Sequence record: NC_019401.1
DNA length: 64,000 nucleotides
Strand: one strand, 5' to 3'
Shown here: positions 63,625 to 64,000 of the stretch, piece by piece
Layout: each line of letters begins with the position of its first letter
How positions within the stretch are numbered: the first letter of the stretch is position 1
The notes under the pieces: generated by a model
Database searches by the model: none
Told to the model about the DNA's origin: nothing
Seen by the model: only the letters and a program-made list of their open reading frames with translations
Program-made: the position numbers and the translations under genes

Positions 63625-63861
63625 ATGAAAAACGACAAAGACTTAACCAAAAATGAAAAACGGCTTTATAGTGGTTCTTGGGTTGATGAGCAAGAAAACG
63701 CTAAAAAAAATGTGGTATGTACTCGTTGTTTTTCAACATACTTTCTCCAATCAGCACCGAGGACTGTACCCGGTACTGATGGATATTATACAAAGGAGCC
63801 TCAATGTCCGAATTGTGGTTGCCGACTATATTTTACGCATTTAACAGGGAAACATGAATGA
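63625..63861 (+). CDS. Zn-ribbon protein
   Basis: CTRC...CPNC. Confidence 0.7.
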   Translation: MKNDKDLTKNEKRLYSGSWVDEQENAKKNVVCTRCFSTYFLQSAPRTVPGTDGYYTKEPQCPNCGCRLYFTHLTGKHE

Positions 63862-64000
63862 ACCTAAATGGTTTTTTATCTAATAATGGGATTCCACGAC
63901 TAATTTTTTGTACTGGTGCTGGACTTTCAAAAGAATCTGGTATTCAGACTTTCCGTGATGCGGCTGGTGAAGGTCTATGGGATGATGTAAGTATTGATGA
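63858..64000 (+). CDS. Sir2/CobB-family NAD-dependent deacylase, partial
   Basis: Not in ORF track. MNLNGFLSNNGIPRLIFCTGAGLSKESGIQTFRDAAGEGLW. Confidence 0.9.
   Translation, partial: MNLNGFLSNNGIPRLIFCTGAGLSKESGIQTFRDAAGEGLWDDVSID

Noticed and set aside
1-64000. tRNA genes
   Set aside because: GTTCGA occurrences (e.g. about 1563, 17861, 29246) lack cloverleaf context

Overview
AT-rich (roughly 35% GC by eye) segment of a lytic jumbo myovirus of enterobacteria. Gene content and paralog families suggest the Asteriusvirus (121Q/PBECO4-like) or the related RaK2/GAP32/CBB clade; this is inference, not a database result. Layout: (i) 1-2436, minus-strand late-type genes with a shared MLPF..YG N-terminus (RCC1-like and LamG-like domains); (ii) about 2470-3730, a non-coding block with short repeats, possibly a genome-end/packaging region; (iii) about 3730-24700, an early region (possibly a long terminal repeat) of short genes, each behind its own sigma70 promoter, including an RHH protein, SPFH protein, DUF932 protein, ParE-like protein and an H-NS/MvaT-like candidate; (iv) 24900-64000, tightly packed middle genes: a paralog array, DNA adenine methylase, HD hydrolase, nucleotidyltransferase, RNA ligase 1, PNK, phosphatases, DNA ligase, ClpP, dCMP deaminase, NadM-Nudix plus NAMPT, an Acb1-like 2H phosphoesterase and a Sir2 start. 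The most unusual signals are non-coding: 13 dispersed copies of a promoter-coupled two-hairpin RNA element (three head-to-head pairs), two large structured RNA candidates (about 285 nt at 8943 and about 650 nt at 35140), extreme over-representation of the palindrome AGTACT (paired around many early promoters), terminator-promoter fusion cassettes, an ArfA-like ORF with a terminator-like hairpin inside its coding sequence, and an identical hairpin leader on both NAD-salvage genes. No tRNA, rRNA or CRISPR array was found.
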